A DNA stretch of 64,000 nt, taken from contig MCFE01000268.1 of the NCBI GenBank assembly GCA_002104905.1, positions 1 through 64,000 of the forward strand, written 5' to 3'. The notes below the pieces were generated by a model. That model had not been told where the DNA came from, ran no database searches, and saw only the letters and a list, made by a program, of their open reading frames with translations. Every line of letters begins with the position of its first letter. The stretch's first letter is position 1. The stretch is from Basidiobolus meristosporus CBS 931.73 (taxonomy: Eukaryota; Fungi; Basidiobolomycota). Shown here in pieces: positions 11,629-25,894 of the stretch. Made by a program: the position numbers and the translations under genes.

Positions 11629-12354
11629 GAAGAGATCCGATCTCCTCTTCACTGTACATAAGTACCCGACCTCTCTAACATCTATTTAATCGCACTTTGA
11701 CTTGAGCTGGTTTGGTTCAAAGTTTAATTTCAGCAATAATGCTCCCTGCGCAATGAAATCCACTGGCTGGTATAATCTGCTCCGATAAGTCGTTAATAAA
11801 TTTACTCTGCGTGATGACTAAAGGAAGATTGTTGAGATTGGTTATTCCCACAGGCTCTTCTGAAGCAATAGTACAATGAATTCAGGTTCGTTTTTACTGG
11901 TAGATATTGACAAGTTAGTTGATAACGGGGGATTATTAGAGTGAGGTTTTGAATTTCTACGGGGTGTGGGTTCATCCATCCAGCCGGACTGCACTGAGAG
12001 CCTCTGGGAATAATTACTTGAAGCACGAATGCTGTAATCAACTGGCTGTTGGGACTGGGGGTGCAGAAAGGCGGTGAAATGACTGGGACATGAGCGATAT
12101 GGAATAGAATTATCACTTCAGATATAGAAGTAGGGGCGGGAGTAGAGGCAATGGTGCTGGAGGTGAAGGTGGTGCGTATACTAAGAATTGTAGGAATCAA
12201 TCAAAATTTTATAACTGGATGGCGAGGAATATATCGAATAGGCACTGTTAGCTCACAAATGGAACAGCGCGGTTCGCATATGTTCTATTGGTATTGCAGA
12301 CTATTTAGGGGATTCGGGAATCCTTTGCTTGGCATCGACAAGCTTCTGCAAACG

Positions 12355-13664
12355 CTACATGGAATTTCGTCTGATGGGCATTCCGTGATCATGATCGAGC
12401 TTGTCGCATTCACTGTCGTCTGCGTCTGCGTCTGCGTCCGCATCCCTATCAAACTGTGAAACAGGTGGGTTGCCAAGATTGATCCGAGGGCCTGGCAACA
12501 AAGTCTCGATGGTAAGCGTGATTTGACGGCTTGCCAATTCGATCAAGTAGCGGTCCAATAGGACCACTCCCAGAGAAAAGCAGAAAGTCCAGTAGATCAC
12601 GGAGAATAGGACAGGCTGATCGCTCGAGGATGCCTCAATGTCACTAGTGGGGCTGCTCATTTTGAATGTGCAAGCAGTACGGTCATCATCCTGATGTAGA
12701 CTCGGCAGAAGCATTTTCAGTCGCACATCGTATGGCTGGTTCTCGATGCCGTTACGAACAAAGTGGCACCATGCCTTTAGTTCATCCACCTTGTGCACTA
12801 GACCCATGCTTTGTCCAGAACTAGAGACAGTATGGGCCTTGGTGAAAAATCGGGGTTGCTTGGTTGAGAGGTCATCACGAATCGGCGACACCAGGTTGGC
12901 ACTGGATGCAAGCTCCTCGTCCGACTCTTCATGGTAACTAACCTCGTCGACCTCCGGTCGCTTATCAATGGCAATCTTTGCATCACTCAGCAAATGCTCC
13001 AACATGCTGCATACACGGTCGTAACCTGAATCGTCACACTCACTGGCGTCAGATCTGACCGAGGAGTCGTTGTTGATATGGTCTTCTGAATGCTCCTTTT
13101 CTCCATTCACCTTGAAATTGCCATGAGAAACAGAAAATCTTATCAAATTCCAGCATTCCAGCGCTTACCATTACAGATAATAGCTGCTTTATGCGCGAAT
13201 TCTGCGGATTAGCGTCATCTTCGAAAGACCGTGTGGAGCGACTCATCCTAGAAACACATGGGTCCATCAGATCCACACTCCCTTGAGGGAAGGGTCACAG
13301 ATGTATACGTACTGGTTAAGCTGTCCTTTCACATCAAGGTAGGCGTAGTTCTGGAACTCGAGCATGGTGTGCATCGAGGTACACAATGTCTCCAAATGCA
13401 CCATCTACATGGCCGCCATAATGGTTAGATCTGACTAGCGGAGCAGAATAGGCAAAAACATACTTTGTCTAGCATAGGGTTTTCCCTCTCTGAAAGAGTT
13501 GGTGAAGAGGCAAGACTGTCGAATTTTGTTACTGGTGAGCTTGTCGCCGAGTACTTCTGGATCACCTCCGAGTATGCCGGCGGTGGCGGCAGCTCTAAAT
13601 CCGCCTTTCCATGCTGAGGATTCATTGGCTCTGTACTACTGTCCATCGAAACCGATGCGCTCAA
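12355..13664 (-). CDS. Hypothetical protein with one C-terminal transmembrane helix, about 4 exons
   Basis: ORFs 13425..13664, 13049..13276 and 12355..13146 join in frame through GTATGT..TAG, GTACGT..TAG and GTAAGC..AAG introns. TM segment VLFSVIYWTFCFSLGVVLL. Confidence 0.65.
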
Positions 13665-15343
13665 ATAAGGAAAACAGTCGTTTGGAGTAGGAATTATCGA
13701 TAATGCGGTAGTCGGGTTTAAATTGATATACCGAGGTTCTACGTAATGACTTGGGTGAGCTGCTCTATCGTCTTCTTTCCTTGTGCTGCTGTTTGCTCGA
13801 GGTACAAAAAAGACAGGTAATGTTCACTATGCTTCCAGGCAGTGTAGCGTAAGGCCAAATAACGCAAGTTCTTACTCGGGCTTTACTTTGGCTTTTTGAG
13901 GAAGGTTAGCCCTTGAAGTTATTTCAAAGTGGATTGTCGATTGTATAAGTAGGTTTTATACTTCTTTAGGTTACTGTTTAAACAAGCTTGGGCTTTCCTG
14001 GAGCTCTGAAGGCGGATGAGGGTAACTATCGAACAGGAAACCAAGGCAGGTGGTGAATTGGCTGGCTTTACAATTAGGTAATTCTCTTTTCCCTGTACAC
14101 TGCTTTAGGTCGATTTGAGAACGCACACACACCAAAGATACAGAGAAGTTATGATAGGGTGTAGGACCTGGGGTTTACACCTGAATTAGCGAAGGAATAG
14201 GTGAACCAAGTGGAGAGGGTATTGCGGGGCAGAATCGAATGCGGATAAAGAAAAGGTTATTCAATTTTAAGAAAAAAATCCACACATGTGAAGTTTTTCT
14301 GAGGTTCGTAGAGAGTAGTTAAAGGCACATTTAATAACCGACTACACTACAAACCTACATGTGAATATTAATCTTTACTATAAAATCATGTATCAATTCA
14401 TTTGCATCAGAATAACGGAGATTACAGGATTTAATAGTAAATATCAATAGATCCTATGCAAACGCCTTGTTCCATCACACATTTACCAAAATTCATTTGA
14501 GAAGGAGGACTTTATTGGTGAGCAAATTCCCGAACCGGCTCGGTTTGATGCAATCGTTCGCTTACTCTTCATGTGAGGCATGGGCAGTCTACCTATTGCT
14601 GTAAGGATCACTTTACCGAGCCATTTTCCAGGTTGCGTCTCTCACTCCAGATGATGGCAGTGGGTTGCCTGGAAATCAGCATGAATCAAATCCAGAGTCC
14701 ACTTGAGTAGAATGCGATCCCAATCAGAGGTAATACGGCTGGTTGGGTTGGCGAATAATGGAATCAAGCTAATCATGATCATATCTACGTAAATAGAGCA
14801 GCCGTTGCTTTGTTACACCATTAGGCTAGTATGTTGCGACCTCATCAATTTCCATGTGGATCCTACCATCAATTCATCCACATCAGTTTAACGGCATTGT
14901 TGGTCAGATGATGCCGCTTGCAAGGAAGTATCATGTATCCTCGGTTTTTTCATGTGATAAATTGATTGTATCTTCAACTACGTCAACATCCCATTCTGGG
15001 GGATTGTAGGCATCATCTTTGTAGCTCATTACTCTTGAGAGCGTATACACACAATTCTCACGAACAATCAAATGAAACTGGAAATAAACAACTGCGCTGT
15101 CCATATCCCTCGCTAGAGGCGAGCAAAGCCACACGCAGATCACGATCCCAGGTAAGTATGTGGCCCTCGTTTGGCCTTTTCTCATCACCCTGGGTGTGGT
15201 TCGCACCCAACCACCGGTTGGTGGAGACTACGTCATTGAGCATCAACCGGAATAATCCAGGATATGTGAACCAGAATGACCGAATGTCAACAAATTGCCC
15301 GTATATGCCAATATCTTGTAGGTAGGTAGGGCAGGAGGTGTCG

Positions 15344-15376
15344 GGGAGAGGGAGAGGGAGAGGGAAAGGGAAAGGG
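15344..15376 (+). repeat. (GGGAGA/GGGAAA)n microsatellite
   Basis: Directly visible hexamer run. Confidence 0.85.
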
Positions 15377-15751
15377 ATTCTGCCAGGTAATACCTAAATG
15401 GGGTGCATCCAAGCCAATCTCCGTATTCGATACTGATACAAATGATCGTACAGCCCCATGCGAATTCTTCCATCATACATATGCTTCCATGTCATCACAC
15501 CAGAATTACCGAGTCCCTCTGATGTATCAAGCCCACGCTTACTTCAGTGTAAAGCTAACACCCGGCGACGGCAGCCATCTCAGAGAGGAAATAAACATTT
15601 ATTACATGGAAAATAGTGGGCAATGCTGGTTGGGGCCGTAGATCTCACAGCAAATCTTCAACAAGTGTGTAATGACCGGTAGTGTGTGATTGATAAACGA
15701 AAGATGTGCTTGTCTACAGGGATGAGATTGACAGATACCACACTGCCAAAT

Positions 15752-16427
15752 TCATTTGGTTGGTGCAGGAATGTCTGGTACTTGCGGCATGACTGGGCGG
15801 TTTTGTTCCGCAAACATACGAGTGATAGCAATACCGAGTCCTTCGATCATAGCCAGCAAAACGCCACCAACTGCAGCAGAGGTGGCAGCAGCTTTGACTC
15901 CACCTATCAGCAGAAAGTTAATGATTTGCGATAGAACGTCCTTCTTGGGAACGGTGAAAGGTTACCTCTGGCAGCCAAGACTCCACCAGTCAGTGTTCCG
16001 GAGAGAATGGAGTTCCAGGGATCTTCCTTTTGACGAATACCCTTGAAAGCGCAATCAAAGGTGGAGAAGAGGCCACCCCAAACAGCGAAATTTCCTATCG
16101 GAAGTTGAATCAGATGCAAGGTCCATGGGTCAGGAAACGTTAAGATTACCTCCTAACACAGGAGCACGAGCCTTGACAGAAGTCAAAGCTCCTGATATAC
16201 GTTCACCTCTAGGCGAGTTTTTGATTCCTTTAACGGAGTGCCAAATACCACCACCCACAGCACCCATTACAAAAGCACCGCCAACATCGTTCAAAATGAC
16301 CCAAGGGCTAGGAAGGGAGAAGGTTAAGTGGAGATTAGTGCATGGTGTAAGGGAAAGGTTCTGAACATGGACGTTTGAATCAAGTCGATTACCAAGGGTC
16401 TCTGGAGTGATCCGAGCTTCTAGGCAT
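15752..16427 (-). CDS. TIM17: Mitochondrial inner-membrane import translocase subunit Tim17, 4 exons
   Basis: Spliced product [35 protein letters not shown]...[23 protein letters not shown]...[11 protein letters not shown] is the Tim17 signature. Confidence 0.95.
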
Positions 16428-17752
16428 CTTGGGAAGTCAAAGGATAAGAATGCAGTGTTGATGGGGATTCGGAGAAATGATGTGGGATTATCGGATTTAA
16501 AGGTCAAGTTTTTTGGGGTTCCAGGTGTGCACGGGTAGAGTAGAGGCACTGTAGCTTAGATTAACGAATGAAATATCATTTGTTACGACTAGGATCCCGT
16601 TGGATTCTTTAGCTTCTTCACATTGAATGATTTTGATTCAGCCTTGGAGTTGCGGGATCCAACAAATTCACGGCGCCATGATTTTTCGTCGAATTGAACC
16701 ACGGGATTGGTGTGTACTCGGTAACTTCGGATTGCGGCTAGGGCTTTCGGAAATCGTGACCTATACATGGGTCTGTCGATACGAGTTGCACAGTGAGGAG
16801 AGGCTTTTCTGGCATTCGGACTATGGTAAAGACACAAATGCGAGCCATATAGTTAGCAATGATACTGCGGATGCTGAGCATTCTAGCTGCGGTGCCTCAG
16901 TCTTTGCCACATCCTCTATGCTGCTATTGAGGGGCGTCGTAAGCAGCCCAAAGCTACGCGTGGGGTACAAATTACACCTATCGAAAAGGTGGCATACGAA
17001 GGCGTGGAGCACAGCATGTTGCAGTATTGTGTTTGATGGCTGTTTAAACATGGCTGACCGCCTCCATTCGTGCACAGTAGAGTATGCAAAGGGGGCAAGT
17101 TATAGCAGAAGCACTGTAAACACGTTCGTTAAACGTATGGAAGTAAATAAGGTTATGGTAACTGGTTGCCAATGGTAAGAATGCAGAAGACAGTCAGATG
17201 ATAGAAAGTCAGTACAAACATGAACCAACCTATATTCGGGCATCTATCTAAATGCCTTTACTTAAAACGGAGATAAACATACGGGGGTCTAAGCCTCAAT
17301 TTCGCTGCCGGGATAAATTATACTACGTAAAATAATCACCAACAGTATTCAAGGGGAGGATTTGTACACACGGCAGATTAGTCATATCAACATGTATCGG
17401 CTCTAGAAGAACCGTTACGTGTAATGAACTTGGTAATTGCCAGATGCTGTGTTGGACAGGATCTCGGAATTCCGCAGAGTTCTTGTACAACATCAATATG
17501 AAGTGACTAGAACGCACTCCAGCTTCCCTAACAGTGCTTAGCAGTCCACCACAGATATATCTCTGGAGATGGATCAAATCAAGCGCTTTCTCTTGATAAT
17601 CAAACGTTAGCCATCATGTGGGAAAAGACCAAAGGAATGATGTCTTATCTATGCTAAGGATAACTTATGTGGCGCTCCTAGAGAGTTACGTTATAGAGCC
17701 TCGTCTTTCCACTATTTCTTCATCTTTCCTCCACAAACATTTCCTAAGGAAA

Positions 17753-20700
17753 TGGCAAGTCAGATAGGGCTGGACGAAGTAATACTGGAATCGAAATGCG
17801 AAAATGGATTCAGAGCGGTATCTGATGGTATACTGACGGCCAAATCTCTCCGCATCCCTTCCTGATCTTTTTTGTTTCTAATCAGTCATCAACCGTGTAG
17901 ACTCGGGGAGCTTTTGTCGATATTTACAAACAAACTACGTGACAGTCGAGCAAGGCGCTAATATTGCTTTGCCAGTTGGGAACGAGACATTCCATTTTCA
18001 TGTGTTGATGTGCACCCCAGTGCTGCGCGGGTTGATTACCAGGAGAACCAAGTTCGTATTGTCACTTGAAAGGAATCCCCGTTCCCAGAATGACCAGAAT
18101 GAGCCGCTCGAAAACGAAGTGGATGTGGACTACCGATATTTAGTCAACAGTAGATTTGTGAGGGATACGCACTGTTTCTTTCCGCCATATGAGTCCGGTG
18201 AGCAGTCGGTTGAAGATCCAGCAGAAAATGGCATCTCGACCAGCGAGCAGGAAACTGCCCCCATCAAGCTAAATGCTACTGCACTAAACGCCAGAGTGCC
18301 AATGGATTTGATCACTCCAAAGCCTGGAGCAACTGAGGACGACGAGTCATTTGCGTTTGTTTCTGTAAAGACCCTTAGTCGTTATCACTTTCTAAGTGGA
18401 GACAAAGTATACTTCTAATACGAATGATTTGCAGTCGATCTGCTGACGTTTCGTTCTAGGTCATGATTGAAGGCCCTGAAAAGTCGAGAAGACGAATCTG
18501 CCGTATATACGGATTGGAAGAAAGGTTGTTGCCGAATTCCCATTATAGAAGTAGCATGCTCTAACTTCCTTTGTCCTGTTAGGCTTATTCCGCGAGATAA
18601 TGACTCAGAAATATATATGTCTCCTACTTTACTCTACAACTTGGGGGTAATGGATTACTTGGCAGTCTCGCAGGTTAGCATAACATATCTCACAAGGGTA
18701 GACACCCCCTCCATCATACGCAAAGTTGTTCTGTCCCGTGTTCCGACCCCGATCTCGACATGTAGAGCCTACGAGAACGCCTTCATTGAAGCATTAAGAA
18801 AGCATTTCCAAACCCGGGATCGGATCATATGCGAAGGTGATATCATTGGTATCTGCTTTGGCCATGATAATGCACAACTGGAGAACGATGGTAGCTCAAT
18901 ATGCCTGCGTACGGAAAAAAAGAATACCAATGTCGCGGTAGTATGCTTCAAAGTAAAAACAGTCGAATTTAGTAGAACTTCCCCGCCAGTCCTCTTTCAC
19001 GGAGGGATCGCTGATATTGATGCCACGATGGTGATTGAAGAAGGTCAATGTGGCACACGAACCCCATGTTTGTTACGTTATTTCAATGCGACTTATGATA
19101 TCCCACCGCCACCTCGCTTTATTCCGGAAGATTCACCGCTCTCCAAGCTTCGAAACATTACCTCTTCTTCGGTTCATCCCCTTGCTGTAGAGCTTGGATT
19201 AAGCTGTTCGATCTTGCTACACGGTCCGAGAGGCAATGGAAAGCGAGTCCTTACCGCATGGGCAGCCGAAATGTTGGGTGTATGCTTCTATGATATAAAC
19301 TGCTATGGGCTCATCGGAGAAGAGGGAGCAGTGGAGTCTGCACTGCGAAACCAGTTTGCTATTGCCGCTACCTTTGCTCCATGCATATTTGTGCTCAGAA
19401 ATATAGAAGCATTGGCACCTAAACATACCACCGCTGATACTGGCCAAGAGTCTGTAATATCTTCGGCTATAAAGCGATGTCTCACAGACAATGCTAAAGC
19501 AATAAAAAAAACCGGTCGGCCTGTGTTGCTTATAGCTACCACCTCTGATTCGGAGAAGGTCTCCGATAGTGTGCTGAATTGTTTCCGACATGAAGTAAAG
19601 ATGGAGGTAAACGTCATAAGGTATGGTTTGGGATAACTATTTTGAATAACCTTTTGAGCTTGGCCCTTAGGTTCCTGATGAAGCTAGTCGTTTGTCTATC
19701 CTCCAAACTCTAACTGCCAAAGTTCCATTAGCTCCGGATGTGTCTTTGCCCTCTTTAGCGGTACAAACTGCATCATTGGTTGTCAGAGATTTAGTGGATT
19801 TGGTTTCCCAAGCCGGAGTAGCCGGACTAGAACGAGTCTCTAAAGCCACAACAGTCAAGGGAGACGAGGCAACTCATCAGGTTGTGACTAAAGCCGGCAT
19901 TGCCGTGAATGCATTGGATTTCGACCGAGCTTTGAGTAAGGCCAGAACCTCTTACTCCGATTCTATTGGTGCATCAAGAATTCCCAAGGTAACCTGGGAC
20001 GATGTTGGAGGGTTAGCTTCCGTAAAGGATGACATATTGGATACCATCCAACTTCCCTTGAAGTATCCCGAATTATTCGCAAGCGGCATGAAAAAACGAT
20101 CAGGGATACTGTTTTACGGCCCTCCAGGCACCGGAAAAACTTTATTAGCCAAGGCAGTGGCAACTTCCTGTTCTCTCAACTTTTATTCAGTCAAGGGGCC
20201 TGAGCTACTAACTATGTACATTGGTGAATCCGAAGCAAACGTCCGAAAAGTGTTCCAACGTGCAAGAGACGCTAAGCCATGTGTTATCTTCTTCGACGAG
20301 CTGGACTCTATTGCACCAAAAAGAGGCGAGAAAGGAGATTCTGGCGGTGTAATGGATCGAATTGTAAGCCAGATATTGGCAGAGCTAGATGGAATGAATA
20401 GCGACAATGATACAGCCGACGTATTTGTCATCGGCGCGACCAACAGACCAGATCTGCTGGACCCCGCGTTACTCAGACCCGGGCGGTAAGGTCTAACGTT
20501 GAAAAAGTGCCGATGGGGTTCACACTAAATGTTACTTTTTAGGTTTGACAAGCTGCTGTATCTTGGTATCAGTGAAGATCACGAATCCCAGTACAAGATT
20601 CTTCAAGCTTTAACAAGAAAGTAAGTGCCGATGGACACCCATTGTTCTTTCATTTTGTGGTATTCAACGCAAGCAAAAAAAAGGTTTCATCTCGCACCTG

Positions 20701-21269
20701 ACTTGGATCTTCGACAATTCGCAGAGAAGTGCCCGCTGCACTACAGCGGAGCGGATTTCTATGCCCTATGCTCGGATGCTATGTTGAAGGCGATGGCACG
20801 TACAGTGAACGAACTGGAGAAGAAAGTTCAGAACTGGAACCGCAAACCAGAACTTTCAGTCAAATACCCTGTGCCCATGACTATGCAGTACTATTTAGAT
20901 CGTTTGGCCAGGCCTGAGGAAACGGAGGTTTTGGTTCATATGATTGACTTTGAAAAGGCGCTATCAGAGTTGGTTCCTTCAATCACCCAACACGAACTTG
21001 ACCGCTATAAGGAGATCCGGTCACAGTTTGAGAAGCCTCAACACAAGGCTAAGCCGGAGCTACCTAGGCGGCCACAACCCTCTAGCTCTTACAGCGAGGT
21101 AATGTCATCTTCCTCGAAAGCGCGTGCTTCAAAAGAGAAACAGAAAACGAGTCTTTTCCAAAGATCCAGGAGCAGTCCGGAATTATCGAACTCAGATACC
21201 AAAACAAAGAAAAAGGAAAAAGGAAAGGGCTACAAGGCCAAAATGTGGCCCACCATACTTTTTAACTAG
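17753..21269 (+). CDS. PEX6: Peroxisomal AAA+ ATPase Pex6, about 6 exons (start codon uncertain, may lie further upstream)
   Basis: D2 domain [12 protein letters not shown]...[23 protein letters not shown]...[36 protein letters not shown]; [18 protein letters not shown]; degenerate D1 HGPRGNGKR. Confidence 0.93.
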
Positions 21270-23821
21270 GAACTGCCCTCTTTTGTTTGTCAACTTTTGT
21301 GTGTCAAAGTTCTGGATATATGTGTACTTGGAGTGACCAATGTTCATACCATGGTTTAATAAGTTCGGCCGAAAGCTCTGTCTATTGTATACTGAGAGAA
21401 ACATTCAACTTCTGCAGGCTGCTTCGAGTCGGTAACCCATTTTATAGTTTATAAATTATATTTCCCAAGAAAAAGAAAGATAGCCTCTGCTAAGCTGTAG
21501 TTCGGGCCGACAGGTCACGTTTTTAGCTTAGCTTGTATTGATTTGAGTAGTTTTGGGCTATGTCATTCTAAACTTGATGGTTATTAACGGCGCTGACACA
21601 GATGTACTCGACTCACTATAAACTCGCATGTGAGAAACACCCAAGATATACCCGGCTGATTGAATCGCAGAGGTTGTTGAAAGACCGTACTATGGTGGCC
21701 ATCAATTGGCTATTGTTACTCCAACATCAATGTCGAGCCAGTATGAGACCCTTTTACTGGATCAGGATATATTAATAGCCCATCTGCCAACCCGAAGTCC
21801 GTAAAGGTGATACGATTGGTTCGTTGCATGGCACCTTAAAATACTCTAGTGTAGCCTAATGCTCACTAGCTTTAGCGACAACTATAGTTTAAAAATTTTC
21901 CACACACGACTAAAAATAGAGGCCCAATAAAGAACGCTGTGATTGAAGGCCTAACGATCTGGGTTAATATCAACAGTGCTTACCAATGACTTTCTAAACT
22001 CTGGAGCGTCATGCTTGGAAAATCACGCGCCTGATAACGTGAATATCAGGCAGTTGTTATTAACCCAAAATGTTGGACTAGTACTGGTTAGGGTTGGATT
22101 CACTGAATTCAACACGAGATGCCTCAAACAAGGTCTATTTTGCGCCATGAATGATTACTAACCTCCAAATACTGGTCGGTAATTTTAACACAGCAACATT
22201 CATCCATAAAGCCACTAGAGCTTGTGAGTGTAAAGCAAATCGACTGTGGAGGTGTATCTATCGATTGATGATGTTGTTTATCTATGCTGGATTTGGTTGT
22301 TATCTTGACGTTGAGCATGGCAATCCAAATTTTAAAGGATATATGAGCCCTTGGCCAACAAGTTTGCAGATCGATATGAGCCATCTAGAAGGTGCAATAG
22401 TGCTGTGCATAGGTTCTATTCAGAATTACTATATATAACAAGTTACTGATGTAATCAAACAGCTAGGAGAAATCCCCGTAAGTATGCCCTGTGACTGCTT
22501 TGGAGGATTTGCCTACAAGGCTCGATAGCTTAGATCCAAGTTCACTCCTGAACACCAAGGGTCGGCCGCATCGGTTCTTCATCAGCACACAGCATGGGGC
22601 AGTAGGGATGTTTTTAACAACCGCTGTAACCCGGAACAACTAGACTGCCACCTAATGTCTGCGCTGATGTGTAATCTGTTCACTTACCCTTCATCCCAAA
22701 TGGAATTATGCTGCAGCTTGAGCTTGCTGAGTGTATGCTACATTAAATAAATATAGAAGATGCGCTTTTGTGGAGCTCCTATTTGATCTCCAAATGCTCA
22801 TGACCCAATGTGCTCTCCTGGGATCAAGTTCTGTTTTTACGTAGCAAGATTCTCATAACCCACATGATCTACTGCCACATCATCCCAAGAGCACTTGCTT
22901 GCTCATGGATTGGATTAGAGGACACTTACATCAGAAGTGCTACATCAGTTTTAACCCCTTGAAAGAGGCGAATTGGAGAGGAGCATTAATTTCACAAATC
23001 ACTATTCGATTACCTTCAATGAGTTGATTCGGATATACATGTCTGACAATACTTGTTTTCCCTATGATCACTAGCAAGAGGAAGACGAACATATTCATAT
23101 GATCATGATGCATGGCTAGAGCACTATCTGATCCATATATCAACAGTGCGCAAGTCCAAGACATCGAGAGTATGCTCCACTGAGACTGGGTAGGTTTGGT
23201 CGCCATGACAGCTGGGTGAGGCATGCTGGCGGCGCCCATGGGGATGGCTTATGGACCACCAAACTATGAGCCGCTCACAAATCTTACCACATGTTGCTCC
23301 AGTAGCGTGGCAGACTGCAATAGCCAACATCCAAGATTTATGAGGATCCGAGACTGTGGGCCTCCGAATCTGCTAAAACACATCAGGAGGCGGCACTTGA
23401 AAAATGGCATTGCTCATCTCTTTTACCAGCTCAACGTGGCTTGTCTCAAGATGCTGAAATGGTGAAAAATGTAGGATACTTGGGGGCACACAGGCCAGGA
23501 CCGCTTCATCACAATACACGCTACTCTATATCGAACATTGTCTGATTTCCCTAAGAGTATGGTGTTGATTATGGCCAATGGGCATCTCGAACACTGAGGT
23601 AATTGATCATCCTGATTAACAGCTCTGAAAAGGAAGGTGTATATTATTTTGATTACGGATGTATTGATATCAGAAGATACTGTAATGTAGCCAAAATTAA
23701 TCTTGGTATATATTCCAAAAAAAGGCATCCATGGCAGTTTCCTGTATAAATACGGATGATCCCTTGCCTGATTTCTTTAAACATATCAATCACCGTCCCT
23801 TCACACCCTTTACACTATACA

Positions 23822-25894
23822 ATGATAGTCGAACAGTCCATCCACGCTAAGATTGATCTTGATGATGAAAAGCATCGACAATATGATGAAGTGTCTGAAA
23901 AGCAATGTTTATCCGTTCCTGATGGTTTCTCGGAGCCCGTCAATCCGGTCCCCATCACCATGCGAGATCCTACTTACCCAACCCCTCATATCAGCTGGGA
24001 AAAATACCATGAGATGTACAAGCGCAGCATACAGGATCCCGACGGTTTCTTTGGCGAGCAGGCTAGAGAGCTTCTCCACTGGTTCCAGCCATTCGAGACG
24101 GTGACTTCGGGCTCTTTCGCCCAGGGGGATGTTGCCTTTTTCCATGATGGGGAAATCAATGCTTGTTACAATTGTGTCGATCGCCACGCCATAACAAATC
24201 CTAACAAAGTTGCTATTATCTACGAGCCCGATGACCCCGAGGACGAAGTCTTGAAGATCACCTACGGGCAGTTGTCACGCGAGGTGTCTCGTCTTGCCAA
24301 CCTCTTCCGCTCCTACGGGTTGAAGAAAGGGGATACCGTTGCTATATATTTACCTATGATCCCTGAAGCGGTGATTTCCATGTTGGCATGTGCCAGGATT
24401 GGCCTTGTCCACAACGTGGTATTCGCGGGATTTTCTTCCGCCTCTCTTTCTGAACGTATACAGGATGCTTCTTGCAAACTTCTGATCACTTCCGATGAAG
24501 GCAAACGCGGTGGAAAGACCATCGCCACCAAGCAGATTGCCGACGAAGCGTTGAAAACCTGCCCTACTGTTGAGAAAGTCCTCGTCGTGCAAAGGACTGG
24601 GAACCCGGACGTTCCTATGGCCGCTGCCCGTGATGGCTGGTGGCACGAGGAGCTCCAGAAGGCTCGACCTTACTGCGTTCCCACACCCATGCATCCGGAG
24701 GATCCTCTATTTTTGCTCTATACTTCTGGCTCCACTGGCAAGCCCAAAGGTGTTCTTCACACAACCGGCGGATATCTCCTTGGCACCACTGCCACAGTCA
24801 AGTATATATTCGATCTACATCCAGATGATATCTTTGGTTGCATGGCTGATGTCGGCTGGATCACTGGCCACTCCTACATTGTTTACGGACCACTATCGAA
24901 TGGTGTCACCACTGTCATTTTCGAATCGATCCCCACCTTCCCTAATGGTAGCCGTTACTGGGATCTGATCTCGAAGCACAAGATTACTCAGTTTTATACT
25001 GCACCGACAGCCATTAGGGCCCTTAAAAGATATGGTGACCATATGGTGGAAGGGTACGATCTCTCCTCTTTACGCGTAATTGGGAGCGTTGGAGAGCCAA
25101 TTAACCCAGAAGCATGGAATTGGTACAATGAGGTTGTTGGTAAACGCCGCTGCGCTGTAGTTGACACCTACTGGCAAACCGAAACCGGCTCGATTATTGT
25201 CTCACCGCTCCCTGGGGCGATACCAACCAAGGCGGGAAGTGCGACCCTACCATTCTTTGGTGTTGACGTGGTTATTTTAGACCCTCACACAGGCAAAGAG
25301 CTCCAAGGGAACGACGTTACCGGGGTGTTAGCTGTTCGAAAGGCTTGGCCCTCAATAGCTCGTACCGTTTACAATGACCATCAGCGGTATTTGGATACAT
25401 ACATGCGCCCCTACCCTGGGTACTACTTCACTGGTGATGGAGCTACACGAGATAAAGATGGGTACATATGGATTCGTGGACGTGTAGACGATGTGATCAA
25501 TGTGTCTGGTCATCGTCTCAGTACCGCCGAGATCGAGTCTGCCTTGAACACTTACGAAGCGGTCGGGGAATCAGCCGTAGTCGGAATAACAGATGAGTTG
25601 ACCGGACAGGCAATTTGCTGCTTCCTCACTCTTAAGCCCGACTACCTTGGGCAGGACGAAGCGGAGATCCAGAAAGCCCTCGTCCTCCAAATCCGTAAAA
25701 CAATCGGCCCCTTCGCCAATCCCAAAAAAATCTACATTGTAGAGGACCTTCCCAAAACTAGATCAGGCAAGATTATCCGCCGCGTCCTAAGAAAGATAGT
25801 AGCTGGAGAAGCCGACTCTCTCGGCGACCTCAGCACCCTCTCTGACCCAAGTGTGGTGGATGGCTTGATAGCGAAAGTTGCTGAGAAGGCGTAA
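23822..25894 (+). CDS. ACS: Acetyl-CoA synthetase (AMP-forming), intronless; likely start 23822 (ORF track begins 23756)
   Basis: [43 protein letters not shown] and LPKTRSGKI motifs. Confidence 0.96.
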   Translation: MIVEQSIHAKIDLDDEKHRQYDEVSEKQCLSVPDGFSEPVNPVPITMRDPTYPTPHISWEKYHEMYKRSIQDPDGFFGEQARELLHWFQPFETVTSGSFAQGDVAFFHDGEINACYNCVDRHAITNPNKVAIIYEPDDPEDEVLKITYGQLSREVSRLANLFRSYGLKKGDTVAIYLPMIPEAVISMLACARIGLVHNVVFAGFSSASLSERIQDASCKLLITSDEGKRGGKTIATKQIADEALKTCPTVEKVLVVQRTGNPDVPMAAARDGWWHEELQKARPYCVPTPMHPEDPLFLLYTSGSTGKPKGVLHTTGGYLLGTTATVKYIFDLHPDDIFGCMADVGWITGHSYIVYGPLSNGVTTVIFESIPTFPNGSRYWDLISKHKITQFYTAPTAIRALKRYGDHMVEGYDLSSLRVIGSVGEPINPEAWNWYNEVVGKRRCAVVDTYWQTETGSIIVSPLPGAIPTKAGSATLPFFGVDVVILDPHTGKELQGNDVTGVLAVRKAWPSIARTVYNDHQRYLDTYMRPYPGYYFTGDGATRDKDGYIWIRGRVDDVINVSGHRLSTAEIESALNTYEAVGESAVVGITDELTGQAICCFLTLKPDYLGQDEAEIQKALVLQIRKTIGPFANPKKIYIVEDLPKTRSGKIIRRVLRKIVAGEADSLGDLSTLSDPSVVDGLIAKVAEKA

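Noticed and set aside
12410-12440. (GTCTGC)n repeat
   Set aside because: Encodes the DADADAD low-complexity stretch of the 12355-13664 protein.
15040-15160. Minus-strand ATACTTACCTGG, identical to the U1 snRNA 5' end
   Set aside because: Stem-loop I spacing and the GAUCACGAAG and AUUGCAC loops are missing. On the plus strand it is just a CAG|GTAAGT donor-like motif.
16627-17178. 183-aa ORF between TIM17 and PEX6
   Set aside because: No recognisable motif or composition bias; probably a chance ORF in a divergent promoter region.
19220-19250. Degenerate Walker A in Pex6 D1 (HGPRGNGKR)
   Set aside because: A weakly conserved D1 domain is normal for Pex6.
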